From Nitratidesulfovibrio vulgaris str. Hildenborough (lineage in GTDB: Bacteria > Desulfobacterota > Desulfovibrionia > Desulfovibrionales > Desulfovibrionaceae), in contig NC_002937.3 in NCBI RefSeq assembly GCF_000195755.1, forward strand, positions 1,920,001-1,952,000: DNA of 32,000 nucleotides, in the 5' to 3' direction. Every line of letters begins with the position of its first letter. Within the stretch, counting starts at the first letter, position 1. The notes beneath the pieces were generated by a model. The model did not search any database. It was given only the letters and a program-made list of their open reading frames with translations, and was not told the origin of the DNA. Positions 6,819-17,099 of this stretch are shown piece after piece. The translations under genes and the position numbers were made by a program.

Positions 6819-8327
6819 ATGCACCAGTTTCTAACACCCCTTGTCGCCATCCTCGGCCTTTGGCTTGGGTTTCCCAATCCACTGGGGCAGGTCCCACTGC
6901 TCGCGCTGTTGTACCCGGCAGCCCTCTACGCCTGTGCCCTGCGCGCCTCCACATGGCAGACTGCCCTTCGTTCCGGCTGGCTCACGGGCATGACTGCGGC
7001 CTCGGCCTGTCTCTACTGGCTTGCGGTGCCCGTACATGATTTCGGCGACCTTCCGTGGGTGCTGGCCGTGCCTTGCGCCGTGGTCATAGGAGCCTATGTG
7101 GGGCTGTATGCCGGGCTGTTCTGCATGGCCACACATCTGTTCCGTGACCGCACGTCCCCGCTTCGGCGAGCGCTGCTTGCGGGGGTGCTGTGGTTTCTTC
7201 TGGAATGGCTGCGCGGAGTGCTGTTCACCGGCTTCCCATGGTTGTCGCTCTCTTCGGCGTTCGTGCCCTGGCCCGTTGCAGTGCAATTCGCATCGGTCGT
7301 AGGAGGCTATGGTCTTTCTGGCATCATGGCTGCCATAGCCTGTCTCGCCTATGAAAGCCTTCACGGCAGACAGACATCCCTTTGCGCGGCCACGCTGTCC
7401 GGGTTCACTCTCGTGATATGCGCATGGGGTATCATGACGCTGTCCACCCCCCTGCCGCAAAGTTCTCCGTTTGGCGCGCTCATGATTCAGGGCAACATCA
7501 ATCAGGACCAGAAATGGGAAGCGGCCTTTCAGAAGGGAACCGTTGACAAGTATCTGGCCCTGACCCGCCAAGCCCTCGGCGGCGAGCGCCCGCGGCTGGT
7601 CATCTGGCCCGAAACGTCGATGCCGTTCTATTTTCAGGAACACAAGACCTACGGCCCGGTCGTCCGTGACTTCGTAAAAGAAAACAACATCGCACTACTG
7701 ATCGGCACCCCCGGTTATGACCGGAAGACCGGCGCGGGCTACGCCCTTTTCAACCGCGCCTATCTCCTCGGTGCCGATGGCGAGACACTGGGGCATTACG
7801 ACAAGGAACACCTCGTCCCCTTCGGCGAATACCTCCCCCCCGGCCTGAACCTGCCCTTTCTTGCCAAGCTGCTGCAAGGCGTAGGCGACTTCACCCCGGG
7901 AACACGGACACAGCCGCTCAAATTGGGCGACCTTGCCCTCGGTATGCTCATCTGCTATGAAAGTATCTTTCCGGAGTTGGCCTTGCAGCGTGTCGCCGAT
8001 GGCGCGAATGTTCTCGTCAACATCAGCAACGACGCATGGTTCGGTTTTACGGCAGCCCCCGAGCAGCATATACAGCTGTCGGCCATGCGCGCCGTGGAAC
8101 AGGGACGCTTTCTGTTGCGTGGGACAAACACCGGCATCACGGCAGCTATAGACCCGCACGGCCGCATCATTGGCCGCAGTAACGTGTTCGTCGACGCGGC
8201 CGTTTTTGTCACCGCATCCCCCCTGTCATCGCGGACGGTGTATTTCCACATCGCCGCATGGCTGCCTCTGGCGGGGGTGGCACTGGCGCTGCTGCTTCTG
8301 CTTCGCCCTGTCCGGCCTTCGGCATAA
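6819..8327 (+). CDS. lnt: Apolipoprotein N-acyltransferase, 502 aa
   Basis: Multi-TM N-terminal part followed by a CN-hydrolase domain with WPE (VIWPETS), the K...E region and ICYE (MLICYESIFPE), characteristic of Lnt. Confidence 0.9.
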   Translation: MHQFLTPLVAILGLWLGFPNPLGQVPLLALLYPAALYACALRASTWQTALRSGWLTGMTAASACLYWLAVPVHDFGDLPWVLAVPCAVVIGAYVGLYAGLFCMATHLFRDRTSPLRRALLAGVLWFLLEWLRGVLFTGFPWLSLSSAFVPWPVAVQFASVVGGYGLSGIMAAIACLAYESLHGRQTSLCAATLSGFTLVICAWGIMTLSTPLPQSSPFGALMIQGNINQDQKWEAAFQKGTVDKYLALTRQALGGERPRLVIWPETSMPFYFQEHKTYGPVVRDFVKENNIALLIGTPGYDRKTGAGYALFNRAYLLGADGETLGHYDKEHLVPFGEYLPPGLNLPFLAKLLQGVGDFTPGTRTQPLKLGDLALGMLICYESIFPELALQRVADGANVLVNISNDAWFGFTAAPEQHIQLSAMRAVEQGRFLLRGTNTGITAAIDPHGRIIGRSNVFVDAAVFVTASPLSSRTVYFHIAAWLPLAGVALALLLLLRPVRPSA

Positions 8328-8350
8328 CATCAATCACATACGAACAGACA

Positions 8351-9467
8351 ATGCTCCACCTACCCGAATTGCGTACACGCAGCACAACCCTTTTCGAACA
8401 ATTCTCCACGCTATGGGGGCGTCTTTGACCTCGCGGGCAACAGACACCGCCTCTCCGAGATAGAGAAGCAGCTTTCCACGCCGGACGCGTGGAACAATCC
8501 CGAAAAGCTCACCCCCGTCCTGCAGGAGAAGAGCATGCTCGAAGGCGAGATCAATCGCCTTGAAGCGCTCGAGACCTGCCGTAACGATGTCTCCGAATGG
8601 CTGCTGCTCGCCGAAGAGGACGAAAGCGCAGAGGCCCTCGAATCGCTCGAAGAGCAGATCATCCGCCTCGAGCAGCTCATCGAGGAGACCGAGATGAACC
8701 TGCTGCTCTCCGGCAAGGAGGACAGGTTCGCCGCCCTGCTCGAAATCCATCCCGGAGCGGGTGGCACCGAAGCGCAGGACTGGGCCGAGATGCTGCTGCG
8801 CATGTACCTGCGCTGGGCCGATACACACGGCTACAAGACGGAATACCTCGACTATCTCGACGGTGACGAGGCGGGCATCAAGAGCGTCACGCTGCGCATT
8901 GCCGGCCCCAACGCCTACGGCCTTCTCAAGGGCGAACGGGGCATCCACAGACTCATCCGCATTTCGCCGTTCGACGCTTCGGGGCGCAGGCATACGTCGT
9001 TCGCCTCGGTGGACGTCATCCCCGACGTAGGGCAGGATATCAAGATCGAGATCAAGGATACCGACCTGCGCATCGACGTCTTCCGTTCAAGCGGCCCCGG
9101 CGGGCAGAGCGTCAACACCACAAGTTCCGCAGTGCGTGTGACGCACATCCCCACCGGTATCGTGGCCCAGTGCCAGAACGAGAAGTCGCAGCACCACAAC
9201 AAGGATTCCGCCCTTCAGATTCTTCGCGGTCGACTCTATGAGCTCGAATTGAGGAAACTCGAAGAAGAGAAGAAGGCGCAGTACGGAGCGAAGGACGCCA
9301 TCGGCTTCGGCAGCCAGATACGCACCTATACCCTCCAGCCCTATCGGCTTGTGAAAGACCACAGAACCAACACCGAAGTGGGCGATGTCGAAGCGGTGCT
9401 CGACGGCAGACTCGACAAACTGTTGCGGGACTACCTGCTGTACCTGCATGGACAAAAGACGAACTGA
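8351..9467 (+). CDS. prfB: Peptide chain release factor 2, expressed through a programmed +1 frameshift: join(8351..8425,8427..9467)
   Basis: Frame-0 leader MLHLPELRTRSTTLFEQFSTLWGRL ends at CTT TGA C. The +1 frame continues DLAGNRHRLSEIEKQL... and carries the SPF tripeptide (RISPFDA) and GGQ (SSGPGGQSVN). Confidence 0.92.
8414..8429 (+). promoter_or_regulatory. prfB autoregulatory +1 frameshift site
   Basis: TGGGGG-CGT-CTT-TGA-C has an internal SD-like GGGGG, a 3-nt spacer, the slippery CUU and UGA C. The spacing is the same as the classical E. coli AGGGGGUAUCUUUGAC site. Confidence 0.85.
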
Positions 9468-10443
9468 CCCCGGCAACGGTCATGAGCGTGAAAAGCTCAT
9501 CGCCGAACTTGAACGCCTTCGGGCGGCCATCGCCGCCATGGACGAGACCGTCCACGAAGGCGGCGGTACGGTTGTGTCTTCACGGCCGAACGCGGACATA
9601 GACGCCGTCAGCCTCCCCGTGCAGCCTTGCGTGATGGACAGCCCAGAGGAAGCAATGACCAACTCTTCCGGCGTGTCAGACGCCCCTCCCATTCTGGCCG
9701 TCACCCGTCTCTTTCAGGGACTCGATGCGGACACATGGCGCGACATCGCCGAACGCCACCAGCTTGAAGGCTGGTTGCCTGTGGAATTGTCGCGCGACAG
9801 CTGCACCAACCTGCGAGAATGGCAGCGCACCATCGAGGAGATGGCACGCCAGCGCGACACCGACCCGCTTACGGGCCTGCCCAACCGCAGGGCTTTCGCA
9901 AGGCACCTCGAAGCTGAACTTGAAAGGACGCGCAGAGGACGTGGCGACCTCAGTCTGGTCATTCTCGACATCGACCATTTCAAGTCGGTCAACGACAACT
10001 ACGGGCACCCCTGCGGCGACGAGGTGCTTTTACGCCTTGCCTCCCAGTTGCAGACCTCCGTGCGCCTCTACGACCTTGCAGCGCGAATCGGCGGCGAAGA
10101 GTTCGCCATCGTCCTGCCCGGCGCCTCGGCGTTGAAGGCCCAGGCCCTTTGCGAACGCATCCTGCAACGTTTCGCATCCACCGGAATGGACTGCCCGGGC
10201 GTTCCGCCCTTCCATGTCACCTTCTCCGGCGGCATCGCCACCTGTACCACCGGCGTGACCTGCCCGGCGTCCCTTCTGGTGGACAGGGCCGACAAGGCCC
10301 TCTACGAGGCCAAGCAGGCAGGGCGCAATCGCATCTACGTCCACCGGGAACCCGGCATCACACATCCTGAACGCAGCACTCTGGTCGAATCCAGCGAAAA
10401 ACAGTTTCTGTTCTCGGGCAACACAGGGCAGACCAAGCCATGA
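9448..10443 (+). CDS. Diguanylate cyclase (GGDEF domain) with an N-terminal coiled-coil/unknown region, about 331 aa; start uncertain
   Basis: DPLTGLPNRRAF, an active-site GGEEF (ARIGGEEFAIVLPG) and an RxxD I-site five residues upstream (RLYD). The ATG at 9448 overlaps the prfB end by 20 nt. Confidence 0.85.
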   Translation: MDKRRTDPGNGHEREKLIAELERLRAAIAAMDETVHEGGGTVVSSRPNADIDAVSLPVQPCVMDSPEEAMTNSSGVSDAPPILAVTRLFQGLDADTWRDIAERHQLEGWLPVELSRDSCTNLREWQRTIEEMARQRDTDPLTGLPNRRAFARHLEAELERTRRGRGDLSLVILDIDHFKSVNDNYGHPCGDEVLLRLASQLQTSVRLYDLAARIGGEEFAIVLPGASALKAQALCERILQRFASTGMDCPGVPPFHVTFSGGIATCTTGVTCPASLLVDRADKALYEAKQAGRNRIYVHREPGITHPERSTLVESSEKQFLFSGNTGQTKP

Positions 10444-11258
10444 CGACGAACCACACGCTCAGCGTATCCATACTCAGCGGCAAAGGCGGCGTGGGCAAGA
10501 CCAACATCGCCCTCAATCTGGGCTATTGCCTGCATCGTGGCGGTCATCCGCTACTGCTCATGGACTGCGACCTCGGTCTGGCCAACCTTGACGTGCTGCT
10601 GGGCCTCGCGCCTGAACGCACGCTTCACGACCTGCTTCTGGGAGGCGCCAGCATCGATGACGTAGCCGTTCCCATCGAACAGGGCGGGTTCGATTTCATC
10701 CCGGCAGCCTCCGGGGGGCCTGAACTTGTCGAACTCGATTCGGACATGCGCTCGCTGTTGCTGCAACGCCTCTCCCCGGCCTTTGCCCGCTACGACTACC
10801 TCTTTCTCGACCTTGGTGCGGGCCTTTCACCGACAGTGCTCGCCTTTGCGGCCATGACACGTGTCCGTCTCGTGATCATCACTCCCGAGCCCACGTCCCT
10901 CACGGACAGCTATGCCCTCATGAAGGTACTGGCGACACAGCACGGAGTCCGCGATTTCCACGTGATCGTCAATCAGGCCGAAGACCGCGCCGAAGAGCAG
11001 ACGGCCTACCGCCGACTTGCCGCCGCCTGTGACAAATTCCTCGGCTTCACCCCGGAGTTTCTCGGTGGTATACGGCTCGACAAGGCCCTGCCCGAAGCGG
11101 TGCGTCGTCAGAAACCGCTGATGCAGACAAACCCCCGTGCCCTTGCGGCACAAGACATTTTCGCCATCGCCGTGAAGCTGCAACGGCTCCGCACGGCGTT
11201 GTTGCCCCAACTGGCTGAAGAACCCGTCTTGCGGGCGCTTCCGGCCGATGACTACTAA
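10440..11258 (+). CDS. MinD/ParA-family P-loop ATPase, FleN/FlhG-like, 272 aa
   Basis: Deviant Walker A LSGKGGVGKTNIALNLG and MDCDLGLANLDVLLG. The start ATG overlaps the GGDEF gene stop (ATGA, 10440-10443). Confidence 0.85.
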   Translation: MTTNHTLSVSILSGKGGVGKTNIALNLGYCLHRGGHPLLLMDCDLGLANLDVLLGLAPERTLHDLLLGGASIDDVAVPIEQGGFDFIPAASGGPELVELDSDMRSLLLQRLSPAFARYDYLFLDLGAGLSPTVLAFAAMTRVRLVIITPEPTSLTDSYALMKVLATQHGVRDFHVIVNQAEDRAEEQTAYRRLAAACDKFLGFTPEFLGGIRLDKALPEAVRRQKPLMQTNPRALAAQDIFAIAVKLQRLRTALLPQLAEEPVLRALPADDY

Positions 11259-11332
11259 CCCGTTGATACTTCGCACTTCCTGACATATGCAGTGACTGCG
11301 GCATCCACTCAGCGCGCACTACGGAGACTCGA

Positions 11333-11614
11333 ATGAACAAGAGCGAACTCATCAGAACCCTTTCGGAAGAGACCAACATCCCCATCGAAGAAGCCACCAT
11401 CGTAGTCAACACCTTCATCGACAACATGAAGGATTCGTTGCTGGCAGGCGACCGTGTCGAGATTCGCGGTTTCGGCAGCTTCAAGATCAAGGATTACGGC
11501 GGTTATTCCGGTCGCAACCCCAAAACCGGCAAGATGGTCGACGTCGAACCCAAGCGACTGCCCTTCTTCCGCGCAGGCAAGGAACTCAAAGAGTTCCTCA
11601 ATGAGCAGCAGTAG
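11333..11614 (+). CDS. ihfB: HU/IHF-family DNA-binding protein, IHF-beta-like, 93 aa
   Basis: MNKSELI...VEIRGFGSFKIK...GRNPKTGKMVDVEPKRLPFFRAGKELK matches the IHF/HU signature. RBS acggagactcgaATG. Confidence 0.85.
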   Translation: MNKSELIRTLSEETNIPIEEATIVVNTFIDNMKDSLLAGDRVEIRGFGSFKIKDYGGYSGRNPKTGKMVDVEPKRLPFFRAGKELKEFLNEQQ

Positions 11615-12494
11615 CCGTATCGCGGGGCTGCTGATAGCCATCACGGCGCTTCTGGCAGCGGATTCCGCGCTGGCGGCCCCGCTTCTTCGCATCCTCTACA
11701 ACGCCGAAACACGCGGGGCCCTGTACCCCTGCCCATCTTGAGGTGGTGCCACCTATGGCGGGCTGGCCCGGAGGGCTGGCGTACTCGGAGAGTTGCGAAA
11801 AGATACGGGCATTCCCACGCTCTTCATCGTCGGTCCCGGCGAATTCGCCCCGGACAACGGTGAAGACGGGGCCGGGAGACTGGCGGGGCTGACCCGTAAG
11901 GGATACGACCTGCTGAAGGTCGATGACGGCTACCTGTCGCCGAAGGCGGCCCAGTGGTTCATGACGCACGCCGGTGGCACTCCCGACGGTTTTCGTAGCG
12001 TCGACGGGCCACCGCAGACGCGAATACATACGGTGAACGCCCTGCGTGTCGCCGTGGTCTTCTTCCCTCCGCTGCCACAGGGCGTGGACGACCCGACACC
12101 CGAAATGGTGCGGGACGCCCTTTCAGCGGGACGCAAGGCACGCTCCGGGGCCGACCTCGTCATCGGGGTCAGTGCATGGGGCAGCCTGAACGAACGCGAC
12201 ATGCTCCCCCGTTGCGAGGGTGTCTTCGACATCCTCTTCGGGTCGGGTACGGGGTCTGCGTTCGATGGTACAGTGGACGGCGTCGCGCCGGGTGTGCTGT
12301 GGGCGCGCCCCGAACGTGACGGCAAAGGCGTCAATGTGGTCGAGGTGCTGGCCCTCCCGCAACCGGGACAACCCAACGACTGGGTTCCGGGCATCACCAT
12401 CGCCACGCGGTACATCATGCTCTCCGACACCGTCGCGCACGACCCTGCCATGGAGGCGGTCATCGGCTCGGTCCCGCCCGTAACGGCGGAATAG
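11601..12494 (+). CDS. Candidate periplasmic selenoprotein, 297 aa if TGA 11739-11741 is read as Sec47 (CxxU motif); otherwise a disrupted gene
   Basis: ATG 11601 gives a signal peptide MSSSSRIAGLLIAITALLAADSALA, then APLLRILYNAETRGALYPCPS-TGA-GGATYGGLARRAGVLGELRKDTG... This is the same frame as ORF 11793..12494, and TGA is the only stop between them. Confidence 0.5.
11762..11780 (+). promoter_or_regulatory. Candidate SECIS-like hairpin downstream of the in-frame UGA
   Basis: GCUGGCCC-gga-GGGCUGGC forms 8 bp including 2 G-U pairs. The G-rich apical loop lies about 31 nt 3' of the UGA. Folded by eye only, and alternative small hairpins exist at 11741-11754 and 11759-11770. Confidence 0.3.
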
Positions 12495-12519
12495 ACGGCA
12501 AGGAGCAAGGAGCAACGAC

Positions 12520-13368
12520 ATGAGCGGCAAGAAGGCCACTGTGCCCTTCCACAAGCTGCACGGCTGCGGCAACGATTTCGTCTTCATCGACAACCGCCAC
12601 CTCAAACTGTCCGTCGAAGCCATGCCCGACTGGGCCCGCAGTATCTGCCGACGCGCCTTCGGCGTGGGGGCCGACGGACTCGTCTTTCTCGATACCGCAC
12701 CGCAAGGGCATGAAGCCGACTACATCTGGCATTTCTACAATGCCGACGGCTCCCGTGCCGAGATGTGCGGCAACGCCTCGCGCTGTGCCGCCGTCCTTGC
12801 CGTCGATCTAGGCTTTGCCGGACCGCGCCACGCCTTCGGCACCGATGCCGGCATCGTGCACGCCGTCGCCGATGTCGAAGCCGGATACGCCAAGGTTGAA
12901 CTCACCCGGCCGCGCGACCTCGCAGCGGGGACGACTCTCGAACTGGAAGGGACGCCGTTCACAGTGCATTTCGTCAACACCGGCGTCCCGCATGCCGTAG
13001 TGTTCTCCGACTCCGTGGATGGCCTCGACCTGCGCAGGCTTGGTGCTGCCCTGCGCTATCACCCCCACTTCTCACCCGCAGGCACCAACGCCAACTTCGC
13101 CTCCATCATAGACCGCCGCACCATTCATCTGCGCACCTACGAACGCGGCGTCGAAGACGAGACCTACGCCTGCGGAACGGGTGCCGCAGCCACGGCTTTC
13201 ATCGCCCATACGCTGGGATTGACTGATGCCAGCGTGGGTGTAAGAACGTCAGGAGGCGAAGTGCTTGGCATCGACATCGAAGATGGTTCCATTTTCCTCT
13301 CCGGCAAGGCGGTCAGGGTGTTCTCGGGCGAGATGCACCCTGAAGGGCTGGGGCTGACGCTGCCCTAG
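12520..13368 (+). CDS. dapF: Diaminopimelate epimerase, 282 aa
   Basis: [11 protein letters not shown], catalytic Cys motifs MCGNASRC and YACGTGAAA. Preceded by a tandem aaggag RBS. Confidence 0.92.
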   Translation: MSGKKATVPFHKLHGCGNDFVFIDNRHLKLSVEAMPDWARSICRRAFGVGADGLVFLDTAPQGHEADYIWHFYNADGSRAEMCGNASRCAAVLAVDLGFAGPRHAFGTDAGIVHAVADVEAGYAKVELTRPRDLAAGTTLELEGTPFTVHFVNTGVPHAVVFSDSVDGLDLRRLGAALRYHPHFSPAGTNANFASIIDRRTIHLRTYERGVEDETYACGTGAAATAFIAHTLGLTDASVGVRTSGGEVLGIDIEDGSIFLSGKAVRVFSGEMHPEGLGLTLP

Positions 13369-13423
13369 GCGGCGGAACATGGACGGGGACCGGCAGCCCC
13401 GTCGCAAGCAGCAAGGAGTCACC

Positions 13424-14302
13424 ATGCAGTTCACTGGAGCCTTTACCGCCATCGTCACTCCGTTCCGCAATGGTCGCGTCGATGAAGAGCGATTTCGCGA
13501 ACTCATCGAATGGCAGATAGAACAGGGCATCAACGGCCTTGTTCCCTGCGGGACTACGGGCGAATCCGCCACTCTCAGCCATGACGAGCATCGCGACGTC
13601 ATCCGCATCTGTGTCGAGCAGGTCAAGGGCCGCATTCCCGTACTGGCAGGCGCGGGTTCGAACAACACGCGCGAGGCCATCGACCTCACCCGCTTCGCCA
13701 AGGAAGCCGGTGCCGACGGCGCGCTGCTCATCACCCCCTATTACAACAAGCCCACACAGGAAGGACTGTACCTGCACTTCAAGGCCATCGCCTCCGAGGT
13801 GTCGATGCCCTTCATCGTGTACAACGTCCCAAGCCGGACGGGCACGAACATCTGCCCCGAGACTCTGGCGCGCCTCAACCGTGACATTCCTGAAGTTGTG
13901 GGCGTGAAAGAGGCCACGGGCAACCTCATTCAGGTCTCCGAGATTCTCGAATACTGCGGAACCGACTTCCAGGTACTCTCCGGCGACGACTTCACCGTGC
14001 TGCCCCTGCTTTCCGTTGGCGGCTGCGGGGTCATCTCCGTCACGTCCAACGTCGTTCCCGCCAAGATGTCGGACATGTGCCGGGCCTTCAAGGCGGGCGA
14101 CCTTGCCACTGCACGGCGGCTGCACTTCGAGCTTTCGCCCATCAATCGCGCCATGTTCCTCGAAACCAACCCCATCCCGGTCAAGACGGCCCTTGCACTC
14201 ATGGGCCGCATCGACCTCGAGATGAGGCTCCCCCTCTGCCCCCTGCAACAGGTCAACCAGTCGCGTCTGCGGGACATCCTTGCGGCAGCGGGCATCCTGT
14301 AA
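13424..14302 (+). CDS. dapA: 4-hydroxy-tetrahydrodipicolinate synthase, 292 aa
   Basis: [36 protein letters not shown] are the DapA signatures. RBS aaggagtcaccATG, an internal start of ORF 13379..14302. Confidence 0.92.
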   Translation: MQFTGAFTAIVTPFRNGRVDEERFRELIEWQIEQGINGLVPCGTTGESATLSHDEHRDVIRICVEQVKGRIPVLAGAGSNNTREAIDLTRFAKEAGADGALLITPYYNKPTQEGLYLHFKAIASEVSMPFIVYNVPSRTGTNICPETLARLNRDIPEVVGVKEATGNLIQVSEILEYCGTDFQVLSGDDFTVLPLLSVGGCGVISVTSNVVPAKMSDMCRAFKAGDLATARRLHFELSPINRAMFLETNPIPVKTALALMGRIDLEMRLPLCPLQQVNQSRLRDILAAAGIL

Positions 14303-14323
14303 CGGTGCAGTGCTTCGACCACG

Positions 14324-14351
14324 AAAAGCCACCCTCCGGGTGGCTTTTTTT
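14324..14351 (+). terminator. Rho-independent terminator after dapA
   Basis: aaaaGCCACCCtccGGGTGGCttttttt. Confidence 0.75.
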
Positions 14352-14603
14352 ACGCCCTGCCCCGAGACTGTCTCATCCCCCGAAGGCGCACTCCGCATCG
14401 AGACAGACGACGTCATCGCGTTCGAGGCCTGCCACCCGTCGCCCTCCGCCCAATCGGCACCTCGCACCCTGCCGTCGTGCACCGAGTAGCCCACCTGCGC
14501 CACGGCAACACAGACACCAGTCGACGCAGGCAGCAGCACCGGCAATGCGCATCAGGCCATAGCTTGTGCCACACATCATATGAGGAGCACACCGCAACAC
14601 ACC

Positions 14604-14630
14604 TAAAGGTTGCGGAAGGACGTCCGTTAC
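14604..14630 (+). promoter_or_regulatory. Weak sigma28-like promoter candidate for the second MCP
   Basis: TAAA-N15-TCCGTTAC matches the GCCGATAA -10 element at 5/8. It lies about 45 nt upstream of the ATG at 14675. Confidence 0.3.
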
Positions 14631-14674
14631 ATCTAGAATATGGCAAACAGGAACCATCCTATCCGGGGGACATC

Positions 14675-16990
14675 ATGAAATTCCGCAGTGCTGGTGCCCA
14701 GCTGGCAGCCTTCTCCTCACTACTCATCCTCGTCGTCATGCTCGCATTCATCGGCATTGCAATGTACTCTGCCTATTCCGGCGTTCTCGCCACCGAGACG
14801 CACAATATGGCCCAGTCCACCCGCCAGATAGAGACGTCCCTTGACGACTTCATCTCGGGGCACGCCCTCACCGCGAAAGGGCTGGCCCAACAGAAGACAG
14901 TTGCCAGCACCCTCGCCCTCGGAAGCGCCAGCCTTGTCGTCCGTGACCAGATTTCCCAGACGATCAAAGGCAATGCCGCCTATGCAGCCGTCATGGCATT
15001 CAACGACAAGGGCATCATCCTTGCCGGACTCACGTCAACCGGTGCCGACCTCACAGGCAAAACGCTTCCGGCTTCGGATATTTTGCCCAGCATCATGGGT
15101 GGCAAGGACTTCATCGGACGCGAAGCCTTCAGGGACAAGGACACGGGACGCGTCGTCATCACCGTGGCTTCACCCATTCTCACCGTCACCGGCGTTGCCG
15201 CAGGCGGCATCTGTATCGCCCTCGACATCGACACCTTCTCGAAGCGCTTCATCCAGCCCATGCGGTACGGCGCGGACGGCTATCCCTTTGTTCTTGATGC
15301 CAAGGGCATCATCGTTGCCCACCCTGACAGCAGCCTGCTGCTGAGTGATGTTTCACAACAGGCCTTCGTGCAGCGCGTCCTTTCAAACAGTGAGGGCGTG
15401 TTCGACTACGACTGGAAGGGGCGCACCAAAGTGCTTGCCAGTGTCACCTCGAAGGTCACCGGATGGAAAATCTGCGCCAGTGCCTATGAAGACGACATAG
15501 CAAGCATCGCCCGCAAGCAGCGCGACATCCTCGCCGTTGTAGGCGTCATCGCCCTTGGCATCATGGCTGCTGCCATCGCCCTAATGAGCCGCAGCATGGT
15601 CACGCGCCCCACGGCCCTGCTTTGCGAATACGCCAACGCCATCGCGGGGGGGAATCTCAACGCGCGCCTTGAGGGAACGTTCCGGCACGAACTTGGCACA
15701 CTCGCCGACGCCATGGGACGAATGGTCGAAGACCTGAAGCACCGCCTCGGATTCGCGCAGGGGGTGCTTAACGGCATGGTCGTTCCCGTGCTCATCGTCG
15801 ACCGCGAAGAACGCACCCTCTTCATCAACCAGCCCTGTCTGGACATGCTGCAACTGGACGGCACGCCCGAACAACAGCACGGCCGGACACTGGCAGAGGT
15901 GTTCTACAACGACCCCGGCCGCCAGACCGCCGTCGGACGCGCCATGAACGAGCGCAAGGCCATCACCAACATCGACGTGACCATAAAAGGCCACAAGGGT
16001 GGTGAAGTGCAGGTGCTGGCCAACGTGACCTACCTGGCAGACACCGACGGCAACATCTTCGGCGGTTTCTGCCTGTACCTTGACGTGACGGAAGCGCGTC
16101 GCCAGCAGGCCTTCATTGCGGAACAGAACAAGCGAATCGGCGAGGCCGCGACACAGGCCGAGACTGTCTCGCAAAACCTCTCAGAAGCGGCTGCGACCCT
16201 TGAAGGGCAGATTGATCAGGCGGCACGCGGTTCCGACATCCAGCGGCAGCGCACCGCCGAAGCGGCAACGGCCATGGAGCAGATGAACGCCTCTGTGATG
16301 GAGGTGGCCCGCAATGCGGCCGGTGCCGCCGAACAGGCCGAGACAGCACGTCACAAGGCGCAGGAAGGCGCCTCGGCACTCGACGATTCGGTTCGCACCA
16401 TACGCGAAGCCAAGCAGCTGGCCGACACCTTGCGCGAACACATGGGCGAACTCGGCAAACAGGCTGAGGACATCGGCCGCGTCCTCGATGTCATCGCCGA
16501 CATTGCCGACCAGACCAACCTGCTGGCACTGAACGCCGCCATCGAAGCTGCACGCGCCGGGGAAGCCGGACGGGGCTTTGCCGTTGTCGCCGACGAAGTA
16601 CGCAAACTGGCCGAGAAGACCATGAACGCGACCCGGGAGGTCGACACCGCGATCAAGGGTATCCAGACGAGCGCAAGGTCGAACATCGACAACACCCGCA
16701 AGGCCACCGACGCCATCGAAGTCGGCACGGGCATGGTGGGGAAGTCGGGCGAGATTCTGCGCGAGATAGTGCGGCTGGTGGAGACGACAGCCGACTCCGT
16801 GCGCAACATCGCCACGGCTTCAGAGGAACAGTCCGCTGCCAGCGAGCAGATTACCCGTTCCACCGACGAGATAAACCGTATCGCGTCTGAGACGGCAGAC
16901 GCCATGCAGCAGTCCGCACGGGCCGTGCAGGACGTGGCGAGCCTTGCCGATGAACTGCACGGTGTCATTGAGGAGATGCGCCGCCAGTGA
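14675..16990 (+). CDS. Methyl-accepting chemotaxis protein, 771 aa (TM, Cache-like sensor, TM, HAMP, PAS-like, MA domain)
   Basis: Internal ATG after RBS ggggga. TM helix [21 protein letters not shown]. Conserved signalling hairpin [40 protein letters not shown]. Confidence 0.9.
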   Translation: MKFRSAGAQLAAFSSLLILVVMLAFIGIAMYSAYSGVLATETHNMAQSTRQIETSLDDFISGHALTAKGLAQQKTVASTLALGSASLVVRDQISQTIKGNAAYAAVMAFNDKGIILAGLTSTGADLTGKTLPASDILPSIMGGKDFIGREAFRDKDTGRVVITVASPILTVTGVAAGGICIALDIDTFSKRFIQPMRYGADGYPFVLDAKGIIVAHPDSSLLLSDVSQQAFVQRVLSNSEGVFDYDWKGRTKVLASVTSKVTGWKICASAYEDDIASIARKQRDILAVVGVIALGIMAAAIALMSRSMVTRPTALLCEYANAIAGGNLNARLEGTFRHELGTLADAMGRMVEDLKHRLGFAQGVLNGMVVPVLIVDREERTLFINQPCLDMLQLDGTPEQQHGRTLAEVFYNDPGRQTAVGRAMNERKAITNIDVTIKGHKGGEVQVLANVTYLADTDGNIFGGFCLYLDVTEARRQQAFIAEQNKRIGEAATQAETVSQNLSEAAATLEGQIDQAARGSDIQRQRTAEAATAMEQMNASVMEVARNAAGAAEQAETARHKAQEGASALDDSVRTIREAKQLADTLREHMGELGKQAEDIGRVLDVIADIADQTNLLALNAAIEAARAGEAGRGFAVVADEVRKLAEKTMNATREVDTAIKGIQTSARSNIDNTRKATDAIEVGTGMVGKSGEILREIVRLVETTADSVRNIATASEEQSAASEQITRSTDEINRIASETADAMQQSARAVQDVASLADELHGVIEEMRRQ

Positions 16991-17030
16991 CCCCGCACGG
17001 ACGTAGAAGCTGAAAGCTGCGACGACACGG

Positions 17031-17058
17031 GGCCCGCCATCCATCCGGATGGCGGGCC
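17031..17058. terminator. Hairpin between convergent genes (MCP and cyclase)
   Basis: GGCCCGCCATCC-atcc-GGATGGCGGGCC has a 12-bp perfect stem. The U-tract is poor (tt only). Confidence 0.4.
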
Positions 17059-17099
17059 TTGACTCATCTGCTCGGGAAATCGTCAGGAGACAGGGGGGA

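Noticed and set aside
8334-8993. 219-aa minus-strand ORF opposite prfB
   Set aside because: It is antisense to the RF2 frame (SPF and GGQ motifs present) and has no motifs of its own.
11454-11600. Upstream part of ORF 11454..11741 overlapping ihfB
   Set aside because: This part is out of frame with the well-supported IHF-like gene and lacks coding features. The plausible start is the ATG at 11601, which begins the signal peptide.
13313-14545. 410-aa minus-strand ORF covering the whole dapA region
   Set aside because: It is antisense to a frame with unmistakable DapA motifs. The product is Ala/Gly/Arg-rich with no recognisable domain, typical of a GC-rich shadow ORF.
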